Below are positions 40,677 through 53,680 of a DNA stretch of 64,000 nt, piece by piece. The first letter of the stretch is position 1, and each line of letters starts with the position of its first letter. Under the pieces are notes generated by a model that worked only from the letters and a program-made list of their open reading frames with translations, had not been told where the DNA came from and ran no database searches. Made by a program: the position numbers and the translations under genes. The DNA is from Octopus sinensis (Eukaryota). Location: the NCBI RefSeq assembly GCF_006345805.1, contig NC_043000.1:116808001-116872000 (forward strand), read 5' to 3'.

Positions 40677-41092
40677 CTCTTTTACTCTTTTACTTGTTTC
40701 AGTCATTTGACTGCGGCCATGCTGGAGCACCGCCTTTAGTCGAGCAAATCGACCACGGGACTTATTCTTTGTAAGCCCAGTACTTATTCTATCGGTCTCT
40801 TTTGCCGAACTGCTAGGTGACGGGGACGTAAACACACCGGCGTCGGTTGTCAAGCAATGCTAGGGGGACAAACACAGACATACAAACATATACACACACA
40901 TTTATATATATATATATATACATATATACGACAGGCTTCTTTCAGTTTCCGTCTACCAAATCTACTCACAAGGCATTGGTCGGCCCGGGGCTATAGCACA
41001 AGACACTTGCCCAAGATGCCACGCACTGGGACTGAACTCGGAACCACGTGGTTGGTTAGCAAGCTACTTACCACACAGCCACTCGTGCGTCT
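40677..41092 (-). mobile_element. SINE family A, full length
   Basis: Near-identical to the reverse complement of 45749-46170. Confidence 0.9.
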
Positions 41093-41378
41093 ATATATGT
41101 ATGTTCCTTTATTTTATTTTTTTTTCGAGCTTTACAACTTGTAATGAATTTATTTGTACAGTTATATTTTTTAAAAGAAATTGTCGTCCTTTCATAACAT
41201 ACAAATAAGTTTTCATAGATCCATTTTTTCTCCATTTTCTTTTCCCTTTAAAACTGATGATATATAATTTCAATAATCCCCAACATATGCCAGTGCCTTT
41301 CGCATCATATGAGAGAGATTAACCAGTGGAATATCTTGGATTATATAACCCCTAATGAGGATATACCTTACTCGAAAC

Positions 41379-41448
<70 letters not shown>

Positions 41449-42090
41449 TATATATATTAATTTACGAAGGTATTATTAAAATACAAGGTTTGTTCTCTTG
41501 AAGCACATCTGCTTATTCCAGTATTACAATTTAGTTTGTGGGTAGTTTGTATTCTAGTTAGCAAATGAAACGTGTAATCGTGTATAAATGATATCAAATT
41601 TTCTTTCAAAATCACTTTTTTTATATTATGTATGTATGTATCTATGATATGTATGTATGTAGGTAGGTAGGTAGGCAGGCAGGCAAACAGACAGACTGAT
41701 ACATAGTAAGATAGATCATACTTAAAGTAGATACGTCATTAGGAGCCTTATATATCACGTTATTCGTCCTGAGCTATTATCTCTTATAGACGATAAAACA
41801 CACAGAGATTTATCAATAATAGACGAAAAGCTCCCAGCAACGGAAATGAGCTCGCTACATCCTGGCTTGTGTGTATTTATTCCACAATCAATCATTGCAT
41901 TCTTAGACAAATTTCGTTCCTATATATATACAAAAGCGGCGAACAACAAGTCACAGGGCTGCAAATAGAAGGCTAGGTAAAATTGCATTGACGTTTGGAA
42001 AACTAGTATTATTTTCAATAAAACATTTTGTATAACCTAATTAACGTGAATACAATGTAAGACAGTCGCAGCACTGTTATTCCTCTTCAG

Positions 42091-42313
42091 AAAACATCTC
42101 GCTTCGAAGTGTCATGTTATTCTCATGTTATGCCTTTGCACTCGAGGCCACGAGGCGCGGCTGAAAACGGTTTTTGTTCTGAGGTGTACAGACTTGTGCA
42201 ATGATATCTATGAAGCACGACTGAACACGTCAGATGTGTCCAACCCGTTACCTTCCTCCACCTTCATCATCTCTTGCTTAATTGCCTCTTTTTTTTCTTT
42301 CTTTCCTTGGTGA
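42091..42313 (+). other. Candidate terminal coding exon
   Basis: TTCCTCTTCAG acceptor; 74 open codons including CTDLCN and a hydrophobic C-terminus. Confidence 0.28.
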
Positions 42314-44240
42314 GGTAGTTATAATTTTTTTCTTGGTAATTTGATCTTTTATACTTTTAATGTCTTTTTTCCCCATTTCTTCCTGTAAAAATATATTAAT
42401 ATATTCGTCAGATTGTCTGTCGAACGCAATTAAGCCAAACCTTTGAAGTAACAAGAGACTATCCCTCTATTCCCTCTCAGCCTAAATTTAAAAAATGATA
42501 TTCTACTCTGAGCTTTGAGGCGCTTCTTCAAGTAATGTTTAACTGTTTTTTTTTCTTTTTTTCATTTTTGTTTTGTACATAAGTATAGTTACATTAGAAA
42601 AAAACACATAAGAATACAGACATTTATATGGGAAAAAAATTCTTATATTTTATACAAATACATTTTAGACAAATAGACTAACAAAACTTCCATCAGGCCT
42701 GGTTATTTTTTAAAAAATTGTCTGTTATACAAACATTTATTTATTTATTTATTTAAAAATACATGCATACATGCATACATACATGCAGGCATGCTTACAT
42801 ACATACATAAATACATACATACATTCGTACATACATGCATATATATATGCACACACTAACAGATATATAGATATATACATACGTATATATAAATATGTAT
42901 GGAGAGAGATACATACATACATATATATGTGTGTGTGTGTGCGTAGTTGCAGTGTTCACGTGGGTGTTAGCGTGCATAATTGTGGGTATACGTGTAGAGA
43001 AAGAATTCGGAAAATAGGAGAGAAGTATATGTCAAAAGAAAAGTCAACTTGGCATGCAGATCTATGTGTTTGCAAGTGTGTGAGCAAGCATATGCGTATA
43101 CTAGAAAATATTTACTTATTACAAAGACATAATATTCAAGATAGAGAAATGCATTGAATACTTGCAGCATTTAACATACGATATACGCAGCATTAAGCCA
43201 TATACTATAAACTAAATATTTAACTCTCATCTTTGATATTCGTCTAGCACCAACCCGAAAACTTCTTTTCCATGCAGGAATTTTAATTTCAGTTATGCTC
43301 TTTATTAAATCTGTAATTACTCACTATTAAAAAGAAGCAAATAACTCCTGGTGCATATATGATATATTTCTTAAAGAGATTGCATAAGCTGCTTCTAATT
43401 TCTGCAATTACTTGTGAAGATTGTTTTATTACAAGTAATTTTACTCTGGCTTATCGCATTAAACGCATGAGAGCACCTACAAACGTAAGTCGACTAATAT
43501 CGCAGTAGGGGTCCTTCTCCGGATATACGACTCCAATCGATATATAGTTTCATAACTAAAGTATGTATATAAAGAAGTATATATATTCACATAAGTAGAT
43601 GTAGAAAACATAACGGATCTATACTCACTTGCAGACACACGCCACACACACACGGGCACACACGCGCGCACACATGCATGAATAGATAGACACGTACCTG
43701 CATACACATATACATATAGATATACATTTCTTTATTCTTTTATATGTTTCAGTCATTTCACTGCTGCCATGCTGGAGTGACGCGTTTGGTCGAACAAATC
43801 GACCCCAGGACTTATTCTTTGTAAGTCTAGTACGTAGTCTATCGGTGGCGTGTCTACGGGGAGGTAGATACGCCACCATCGGTTGTCAAGCGATGGGGGG
43901 ACAAACACAGACAAACACACACACCACTCACAACACACACACATATATATAACACATATATACGGTGGGCTTCTTTCAGTTTCCGTCTACCAAATCCACT
44001 CACAAAGATTTGGTCGGCCCGACGCTATATGAGAAGACACTTGCCCAAGGTGCCACACAGTGTGACTGAACCCGGAACCATGTGGTTCGTAAACAAGCTA
44101 CTTGCCACACAGCCACTATATATGTATGCATGTATGTAAGCATGTATATTTACGCGTGTGTGTGTATCGATGAAAAAAAATTTTCCCCTCTCTCCCTCTG
44201 TCCCGATATATATATATAATATTATATATGTGTGTGTATA

Positions 44241-44300
<60 letters not shown>

Positions 44301-44737
44301 GTGGGTGTGTGGTGTGTGTGTGTGTGTGTGTGTTGCATATATATAAAATATATACTAAGCAATAAAGGTTAAGATAGAATTATTTAATATTTAATATTTA
44401 ATTCTATGCTTTCCTAAAAACTTGATTTCGAAACGTACGTCCGTAGATAACTTAAAAATGTATGATAGATTGCCGTCAATTCATTCTCTCTCTACCTGTT
44501 TGTGTCTGCCTTCCAATTGCTGTTTTTACTGAGATCTCCCTTTTTAGTAGAAGAAATAGCTATAACTCTTTGACTGCTATTTCTAAATTCGGTATGTGGT
44601 AAGGCAATTCGTTGCTAAACCCTTTATTGCTTAGTATTACTTAAATTTTTCCTCGAATGAGGCTTTACATGCCGAAGACTACTTGGTGTAATTGATAATT
44701 ATTCCAAATTAATTAATTTCACCCTTCATTATTACGG

Positions 44738-44780
<43 letters not shown>

Positions 44781-45088
44781 TGTACAGTCAATAGGAAAGA
44801 TCCAGGCGAATAATTACAAGGTTGCTCAAGTGTCCCAGGTATGAATGATCACGTTCGTGTGGGAGTTAATTCTGGGGAGAAGCGAGACGTATTCAGAAGA
44901 AAAGAGGAAAAATTGAAAAGGGAGACAAACGAGCAAGCTGTTTTTAAATCATTTATATTTTCATATCATTGATATGTTTCGACAGGATGAATAATGTTGA
45001 TCAATGCATCAATCTTATCAGGGAGGATATAAACAACAGTGTTCATCAATTAGGCATTTTAACAGATATAATTTCCACTCTCTTTCTT

Positions 45089-45151
<63 letters not shown>

Positions 45152-45748
45152 AGCCAAATATACACGCGCACTATGTAATCATTCTTCACTCATTTATTAT
45201 TGTTCCAATTTTATCTTATGTACATTATCTGAAAATCTTTCGTCACACATCTATGACCTCTTCAACGACTCTTCCATCCACGTGTATTTTTCTGTTCTGT
45301 TCAGTCCATTCTGACTTTCCCTCTCTCTCTCTCTCTTTTCTATATTTTCTCTTTTGAAAATAATGTTTCTCACGGCGTTCACTATTTTCCTCTTGTCTGT
45401 CCTGTATATAAACTATTCTGTGTGATGATTCAATGAGATATCAAGTAGCAATCATCTGAATAAAGATGTGTGTGCGTGTGCGCGCGTATGTATATGTATG
45501 TGTGTTTGTGAGTTTGTGCGCATGTGCGCGCGCTCTTGCATTAACTTAAAATATGATGTACTTAATTCGTCGCCAGGCGGCACCTTCGGCTCAGTACGTT
45601 TAGCAGAATACAAACTGTTGCAAGTATTCGGGAAAGTTCTCCTATCTGAAGACTGTTCTTTTCCTTTGGCGGATCTTGGAAACCCTATAAACGTTGGCGT
45701 ACTTTTAATTACTCTTGTCTAAAAACTAAAAAAAAAAAATTCCTTACA

Positions 45749-46170
45749 TAGGCGCAGGAGTGGCTGTGTGGTAAGTAGCTTGTTAACCAACCACATGGTT
45801 CCGGGTTCAGTCCCACTGCGTGGCATCTTGGGCAAGTGTCTTCTGCTATAGCCCCGGGCCGACCAAAGCCTTGTGAGTGGATTTGGTAGACAGAAACTGA
45901 AAGAAGCCTGTCGTATATATGTATATATATATATATATAAGTGTGTCTGTATATGTTTGTATGTCTGTGTTTGTCCCCCTAGCATTGCTTGACAACCGAT
46001 GCTGGTGTGTTTACGTCCCCGTCACTTAGCGGTTCGGCAAAAGAGACCGATAGAATAAGTACTGGGCTTACAAAGAATAAGTCCCGGGGTCGATTTGCTC
46101 GACTAAAGGCGGTGCTCCAGCATGGCCGCAGTCAAATGACTGAAACAAGTAATAGAGTAGAGAGTAAAGA
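45749..46170 (+). mobile_element. SINE family A, full length
   Basis: Complete head, internal microsatellite and tail. Confidence 0.9.
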
Positions 46171-46706
46171 GTATATAAAAGTAAATAACGTACATCAAAA
46201 TATCTTGCCGAGCCTGTCAGAGTTTTCATAGCTAATTGAACGGTTTCTTAATTTTTGACGTAACATTTACATCGAAGAAAACGACAAAACTCAGAAATGG
46301 TTAATTATTTTGCATACAGAATAAATTGCCTAGACAGATCTGCATGCTGTAAAATGTGTCATGATGCATCAAAACAATTTGAATTGATGAAGCAGAACAT
46401 TAAAAGGATTATATCCTGCATTCAACAGCCACATGTTCTTACTCTGAGGTAAAATCCAAATCCAAAATCGTCAATGTTTCCATTGTGACATCATTGCAAA
46501 ATCCATCCCTGAACTCATTACATTCAGGCATCTATCGTATATAGATGCAGCTTCTTTTATTTTTAAACACTTTTCTTTTCTTTTCATGTTTTATTTAAAC
46601 ACACGTAGTTGAAATTGACGGGAGAGTGACCATGAAATATAGAACAAATACAACGCTATCTACGTCTGATTTCTGTGTGTAGGTGTCCATACATACATCA
46701 CGTATG

Positions 46707-46993
46707 CTTGTTCCTTCTCGAGCCGCATCTGGCTCATAAGGGTTTCCTTGGCGTATAGGTTCCCCACCTGGACGGAACGCCGGTCCGTCGCAGGTGAGCT
46801 GCAAGATGCAGGAGGAAAGAGTGAGCGAAAGTTGTGTCGAAAGAGTCAGCAGAAGTTCGCCATTACCTTCTGCCGGAGCCGCCTGGAGCTTAGGTGCTTC
46901 GCTCATAAACACACACATCGCCCGGTCTGAGATTCGAACCCGCGATCCCTCGACCGCGAGTTCGCTGCTCTAAACACTAGGCCATGTGCCTCC
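46707..46993 (-). mobile_element. SINE family C with a 16-bp TSD
   Basis: ACATACATCACGTATG at 46691-46706 and 46994-47009. Confidence 0.9.
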
Positions 46994-49124
46994 ACATACA
47001 TCACGTATGAACATATACGAAGCAGGCGATTTACAGTTTGCAGGGTTAATGCTTCGCATGAAACATAGAATTATCCTTAATGGGGTGCGGTACGTATCTA
47101 CGTATGTCGAATCTTAATCATTTTCAAAATCAAAAACCATTGACAAAACTCTATAAAGCACAAAAATCAATACGTTTGCAAAGCGAAATCGATGTATCAC
47201 GCGAATCTATTTAAATCAATCTGATTTTCCATATCTTTTAGTTCAGTGGGCCACGCAAAGTAACGCGTTGTATAAACACGATAAGCATGAATTCCTAGTT
47301 TGTTTTCCGTAATTAGGACAGCGTTAGGAATTAGAGCATGCATTAATGTAATGCTTTGGTGATTCTAATGAATCCTGGCACATTACAATTTACATTTTCA
47401 CGATAATTACTTTTGGTTTATATTTAATGTATGTGTGAGTATCTGTGTGTTATACGTTTCTACGACAAGTATTTTCATTGTAATATAAATATATAGGTGC
47501 GGGTGTATGTATAAAGAGAGGAAGAGTGGAGAGAGTGTGAGAAAGCGAGAAATGTTTATAAAATGTCAAACTTTAAAAGCTGCTGCACCTACCGTCTACT
47601 GAAAACAAACAACGAAAAATTTTTATTTTTTAAAATTTCATCAATGCGTGCATAATTGTGTGTATACGTGTAGAGAAAGAATTCGGAAAATGGGAGAGAA
47701 GTATATGTCGAAAGAGAACTCAACTTGGCATATAGATCTGTGTGCTTGCGAGTGTGTATACTAGAAAATATTTACTTATTATATGCACACAATATTCAAG
47801 ATAGAGAAATGCAATTATTACTTGCAGCATTTAACATATGCCATATACTATAAACTGAATATTTAACTCTCATCTTTGATATTCGTGTAGCACCAACCAG
47901 AAAACTTCTCCTTTCCCATGCACCCATTTTAATTTCAGTTATGCTCTTTATTAAATCTGTAATTACTCACTATAAAAAGAAGCAAATACCTCCTGGTGCA
48001 TATATGATATATTTCTTAAAGAGATTGCATAAGCTGCTTGCAAATTATGTAATTATTTGTGAAGATTGTTTTTTTACAAGTAATTTTACTCCGGCTTATC
48101 GCATTAAACGCATGAGAGCACCTACAAACGTAAGTCGACTAATATCGCAGTAGGGGTCCTTCTGCAGATATACGACTCCAATCGATATATAGTTTCATAA
48201 CTAAAGTATCTATATAAAGAAGTATATATATTCACGTAAGTAGATGTAGAAAACATAACGGATCTATACTCACTTGCAGACACACGCCACACACACGGGC
48301 ACACACGCGCGCACACATGCATGAATAGATAGACACGTACCTGCATACACATATACATATAGATATACATTTCTTTATTCTTTTATATGTTTCAGTCATT
48401 TCACTGCTGCCATGCTGGAGTGACGCGTTTGGTCGAACAAATCGACCCCAGGACTTATTCTTTGTAAGTCTAGTACGTAGTCTATCGGTGGCGTGTCTAC
48501 GGGGAGGTAGACACGCCACCATCGGTTGTCAAGCGATGGTGGGGGACAAACACAGACAAACACACACACACTCACACACACACACATATATATACACATA
48601 TATACGGTGGGCTTCTTTCAGTTTCCGTCTACCAAATCCACTCACAAAGATTTGGTCGGCCCGACGCTATATGAGAAGACACTTGCCCAAGGTGCCAACA
48701 ACGAATAATGATATACATTAGATTATATTATAACACCTTACTGATATATCTTTAAAACTTTCTACAAAAAATGCCTGATAAATCATACATATAGATACAC
48801 TTTCAATAGCAAATTCTTTCATGCTTTAATGAGCAATATACACCGTAGTTTTATTTAAGACTAATTAAGGAGATGGTACAATATGATATAATCGATTACC
48901 TCCGATAAAAGTACTCAAATTTTACCGATACATTTTATTAGTATTTCTACTATGCTGGTGTCAGAAATGATAGCTATATTTATAATATAGAATGAATAAT
49001 ATATTCATATTATAGTGACAATAACTGTTGCTAAGATAATGTTGTGTTCCTGTGTCATTAGTCTCACTATGGCATTATTTCGCCTGATTCACTTGACTGA
49101 TGGTGTAGAGTCATACTTATATAC

Positions 49125-49189
<65 letters not shown>

Positions 49190-49879
49190 TGATAATAATA
49201 ATAATAATATCAAAGGGTAATCTGAAATATTAGAAATTTCCATTACCAGTGGCCTAACGTGTAAAAAACTTTAGTCAATAGACTGTATATTATTCATATA
49301 AATACAGTGTACATTTAAACACAAAAGAGGTATCCATCATACGACCACCTGCGCGCTAGAAAAGACAGTTAAATTCCAAACCACTATTAGGGATAAAATT
49401 TACATTCTAAGTTCTAATGCTATCGTGGTCAACTTTGCCTTTTATTTTCTTGGGGTCACTGGTCAGTGGTATCGTCTATTTCACTTCCCTCAGAATGGAA
49501 AGATGTGTTTGTTGAAAACATTATGAGTGTTGTTGCTGCCGCGGCTTCTGCTGCTTCTGTTTCTGTTGCTGTTCTTTATTGTTGCTACTGTTGCTGTCTT
49601 CTTCTTCTTCCAATCGGGACTCAGGCCATAAGCCACAAAGAATAATCTCTAGTTCGAGCCTGCTCTAAGCTACTAAGAATGCGTGTGGCAACTTGAAGAT
49701 CCACCCACCACACGTGATAGACTGGCAGTTACTCGGGCGCGAAAGCTACGTTGTTATCCTCATTCCGTAAACGGAGGCTTCTTTTAACGGGTGGATAGCT
49801 GAACCCTTCTGGGGTACAGAGGATTCGCAATCTAGGCTAGGGTCTGAAAGTTTACCACACCATGGTGGGTTACACCGTG

Positions 49880-50092
49880 GTTCCTCTGCTTTGTGGAAGA
49901 AGTAGGAAGAAAGAGTGAGAGAAAGTTGTGGTGAAAGAGTACAGCGGCGTTTACCACCCACCCCCCGCCAGAGCCTCGTGGCGCTTAGGTGTTTTCGCTC
50001 AATAAACACTCACAATGCCCGGACTGGGAATCGAAACCGCGTTTTTAGCACCGCGAGTCCGCTGCCCTAACCACTGGGCCATTGCGCCTCCA
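49880..50092 (-). mobile_element. SINE related to family C
   Basis: tRNA head and a GAGCGAAAACACCTAAG segment shared with family C. Confidence 0.75.
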
Positions 50093-50480
50093 CTCTGCTT
50101 CTGTTGTTGTCTTTGTTCTTGTTGTTGTTGTTCTTGGTAATGATGGTGATGCTGCTGATGTTTTTGTTTTTCTTGTTTTTTTGTTATTGTTGTGCCTAGA
50201 ATTACTATTATGACTTCTTAAAATGTCAATTCAATGCCGTAACATGTAGATTTCGCGCATGCACTGTTTGTCCTTCTTTTAATTTGCTACAGCCGCAGAC
50301 TGCGGCCAAGCTTCAACACCACCTTCAAGAATTTCTTCATCGAACGAATCGACGCCCAAGCTGGATTTTTAAAGCCTGGAACTTATTCTATCGGTCTCAT
50401 TTGCCGAACTACTAGAGTTATGGGGACGTATACACACCAACAGCGGTTGTCAGGGTGTGGTGGGGGACAAACGCATAAGT

Positions 50481-50485
50481 GTATA

Positions 50486-50529
<44 letters not shown>

Positions 50530-50962
50530 TATATATATAATATGTGTGTGTGGTGTGTTTTGTGTGTGTGTGTGTATATAAGTCAGTAAATGGTGGGGCT
50601 GTGTTAACCGCACGTGGAGAAATGATAGGAAAGGAAAAATATTAAGATAGACTGTTAAACTGAAGGCAAAGTTTAATATACATGAGCGTAAGAAAAATTA
50701 AAAAGAGAAATCAAACCGACTTTCATTGCAAGGCAAATTTTCAAGATGAGGAAAGGAAAAACTGTTTATAATGCTTTTTTTTTAAAAATAATTATAAATA
50801 GATACAAAAGTTAATAAATAAGTATACCAATACATTATAGTTTCTTTATGCTTTTAAAGTTCAATATTATTCCATGGAAAAACTTCTTTGGAGGATTAAG
50901 ATGCATGTGTTTTGGTGTTGGGTTTTATTTGAGAAGGTTGGATTTCCTTTCCTATATATATA

Positions 50963-51020
<58 letters not shown>

Positions 51021-51425
51021 TTTGTGTGTGTGTGTGTATATAAGTCAGTAAATGGTGGGGCTGTGTTAACCGCACGTGGAGAAATGATAGGAAAGGAAAA
51101 ATATTAAGATAGACTGTTAAACTGAAGGCAAAGTTTAATATACATGAGCGTAAGAAAAATTAAAAAGAGAAATCAAACCGACTTTCATTGCAAGGCAAAT
51201 TTTCAAGATGAGGAAAGGAAAAACTGTTTATAATGCTTTTTTTTTAAAAAATAATTATAAATAGATACAAAAGTTAATAAATAAGTATACCAATACATTA
51301 TAGTTTCTTTATGCTTTTAAAGTTCAATATTATTCCATGGAAAAACTTCTTTGGAGGATTAAGATGCATGTGTTTTGGTGTTGGGTTTTATTTGAGAAGG
51401 TTGGATTTCCTTTCCTATATATATA

Positions 51426-51483
<58 letters not shown>

Positions 51484-51876
51484 TTTGTGTGTGTGTGTGT
51501 ATATAAGTCAGTAAATGGTGGGGCTGTGTTAACCGCACGTGGAGAAATGATAGGAAAGGAAAAATATTAAGATAGACTGTTAAACTGAAGGCAAGTTTAA
51601 TATACATGAGCGTAAGAAAAATTAAAAAGAGAAATCAAACCGACTTTCATTGCAAGGCAAATTTTCAAGATGAGGAAAGGAAAAACTGTTTATAATGCTT
51701 TTTTTTTTTAAAAATAATTATAAATAGATACAAAAGTTAATAAATAAGTATACCAATACATTATAGTTTCTTTATGCTTTTAAAGTTCAATATTATTCCA
51801 TGGAAAAACTTCTTTGGAGGATTAAGATGCATGTGTTTTGGTGTTGGGTTTTATTTGAGAAGGTTGGATTTCCTTT

Positions 51877-51937
<61 letters not shown>

Positions 51938-51949
51938 TGTGTGTGTGTG

Positions 51950-51976
<27 letters not shown>
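50481..51976. repeat. Three near-identical ~463-bp tandem units inside a SINE A
   Basis: AGTCAGTAAATGG starts at 50581, 51043 and 51506; units are separated by (TA)n(TG)n. Confidence 0.95.
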
Positions 51977-51981
<5 letters not shown>

Positions 51982-53680
51982 TGGGCTTCTTTCAGTTTCT
52001 GTCTACCGAATCTCTTCACAAGGCTTCGGTCGGTCCAAAGCTATAAGGTGAATACGCTTACCCAAGATACCATCCATTGACATTGAACCTAGACCATGCG
52101 ATTGGGAAGCAAACCTCTTATCACACAGTCACACCTGCGACTATGTTTGTATACACTAGTAATGTTTTTTTTCTTTTATTAATCTGTTTCTATTATGTAG
52201 TGTATTTTCGGTGTTCCCTGTGCCACCATTTCCTATTTCTCTGTTTCCTTTCATAATTCTTATGAAATTAATTATTATCGACTCTTTATCTAATCTTCAT
52301 TTTCTCGTATTCAACATGTCTCTACTTCTAGGTCATTTATTTTGATATGTCCTCTAGTCATTTCAAAGATATCACCTCTAATCATTGTCAGCGTCGTCTT
52401 CATCTCCCTGATCCTTCTCATTATCATAAATCTTATTTCCAAGCTCTCCCTTTATCGTAAGTCGTACCTCGTTGCCCGTTGAGTCATTTACAATTATTAC
52501 TGAATGGATATTGTTATTTCAATATTATTACATGAAAGATGACACGAGCTGATGATAATGTCAGTTTGTTTGTCAGCAAGTTATAAGTTTCAGTAACTGT
52601 GCACTACGATAAATGGTTAAAGTAATAAAGGGCCAAATATAAACCTAATTATGTACAATGCTAAAAGGGACAATAAAGTTTGCCATGTGTTATTCCTGGA
52701 ACTTATCTGAAATTAGAACTTTGTTACGTCTGTACAGTTTGATATCGATTAATAGGACTAAATCAATTGAAATTCTTGAAGAAGCAGTCAGCAACGTGTA
52801 TCAACGAAAGCATCTAATAGAGAAAGCGAATCTACAAACTTTTGACTACTGCATGTATTTGCAAATAAATCAATGATAGGAAAAACGACTTGATAGTAGA
52901 CGATGAAGGAGCAACGAATAGAATTCTTCAGAATCCTCAGATTCAAAATTGAACCTAATACGTACAATATAATAAAAGACCTGATCACATTTATTGTTTC
53001 AGCTTCTTCATACAGTTACATAGTAATAAGATGGGAATCGAATAAAACTTGGAAAATGAATGCCATTTCAAACCGTCCTCTTACGAATTGCAGCACATTT
53101 AATTCAATAGATAACAAGCCATGTAGTTAGGTGAACAGAAATGGTTGCTATATCACTTGGAGTATTCCAGAAGACGTTTAAGAATACGCAGAACACTTAC
53201 TTTACAAGAAATTGAAGTACTTTACGAAACATGGTACTGCTCAATGACTCATAAATATTTAGAAACGTTAAACATCGACAAGACAAGCACTGACATGCAT
53301 ATATTGGTATATATGTCTGACTAAATTTGCCTATCTCTCTCTCTAATTTGTTTCTCTCTCTCTCTCAAATTCTCTCTCTCTCTCTCAAATTATCTTTCTC
53401 TCTCTCATTCTCTCTCTCTCGATTTATCTCTAGTTCTTTCTTTCCCACCCTACTTCTAAGAGTGTATGTATTTACACATAAATAAGCACCTATAAATTGA
53501 CGAAAATGATTAATGCGAGATTGAGTCTATTAAAAGAATTGAAGATTTAAAGTATATTCAACAAAATTGTCTTCATGGAGGCGTATAAACAGGCAGTACA
53601 AAACTTGACGTACAAGCTACTTAGAAAATCAGGGTGACATTTGCAAAACATAACCAACAGGCGTGTCCTGAGATGTTGTA

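Larger units (their letters stand above)
42970..48696. repeat. Direct duplication: 42970-44054 and 47646-48696
   Basis: Co-linear ~1.05-kb copies, each including a minus-strand SINE A. Confidence 0.93.

Noticed and set aside
50742-50770. AAGATGA..GAAA..AAACTGTTTA in the 463-bp unit as a hammerhead
   Set aside because: Core lacks CUG and no stem I can form
50481-51976. CRISPR-like or other prokaryotic repeat array
   Set aside because: Units are ~463 bp and identical with no unique spacers; the sequence is eukaryotic
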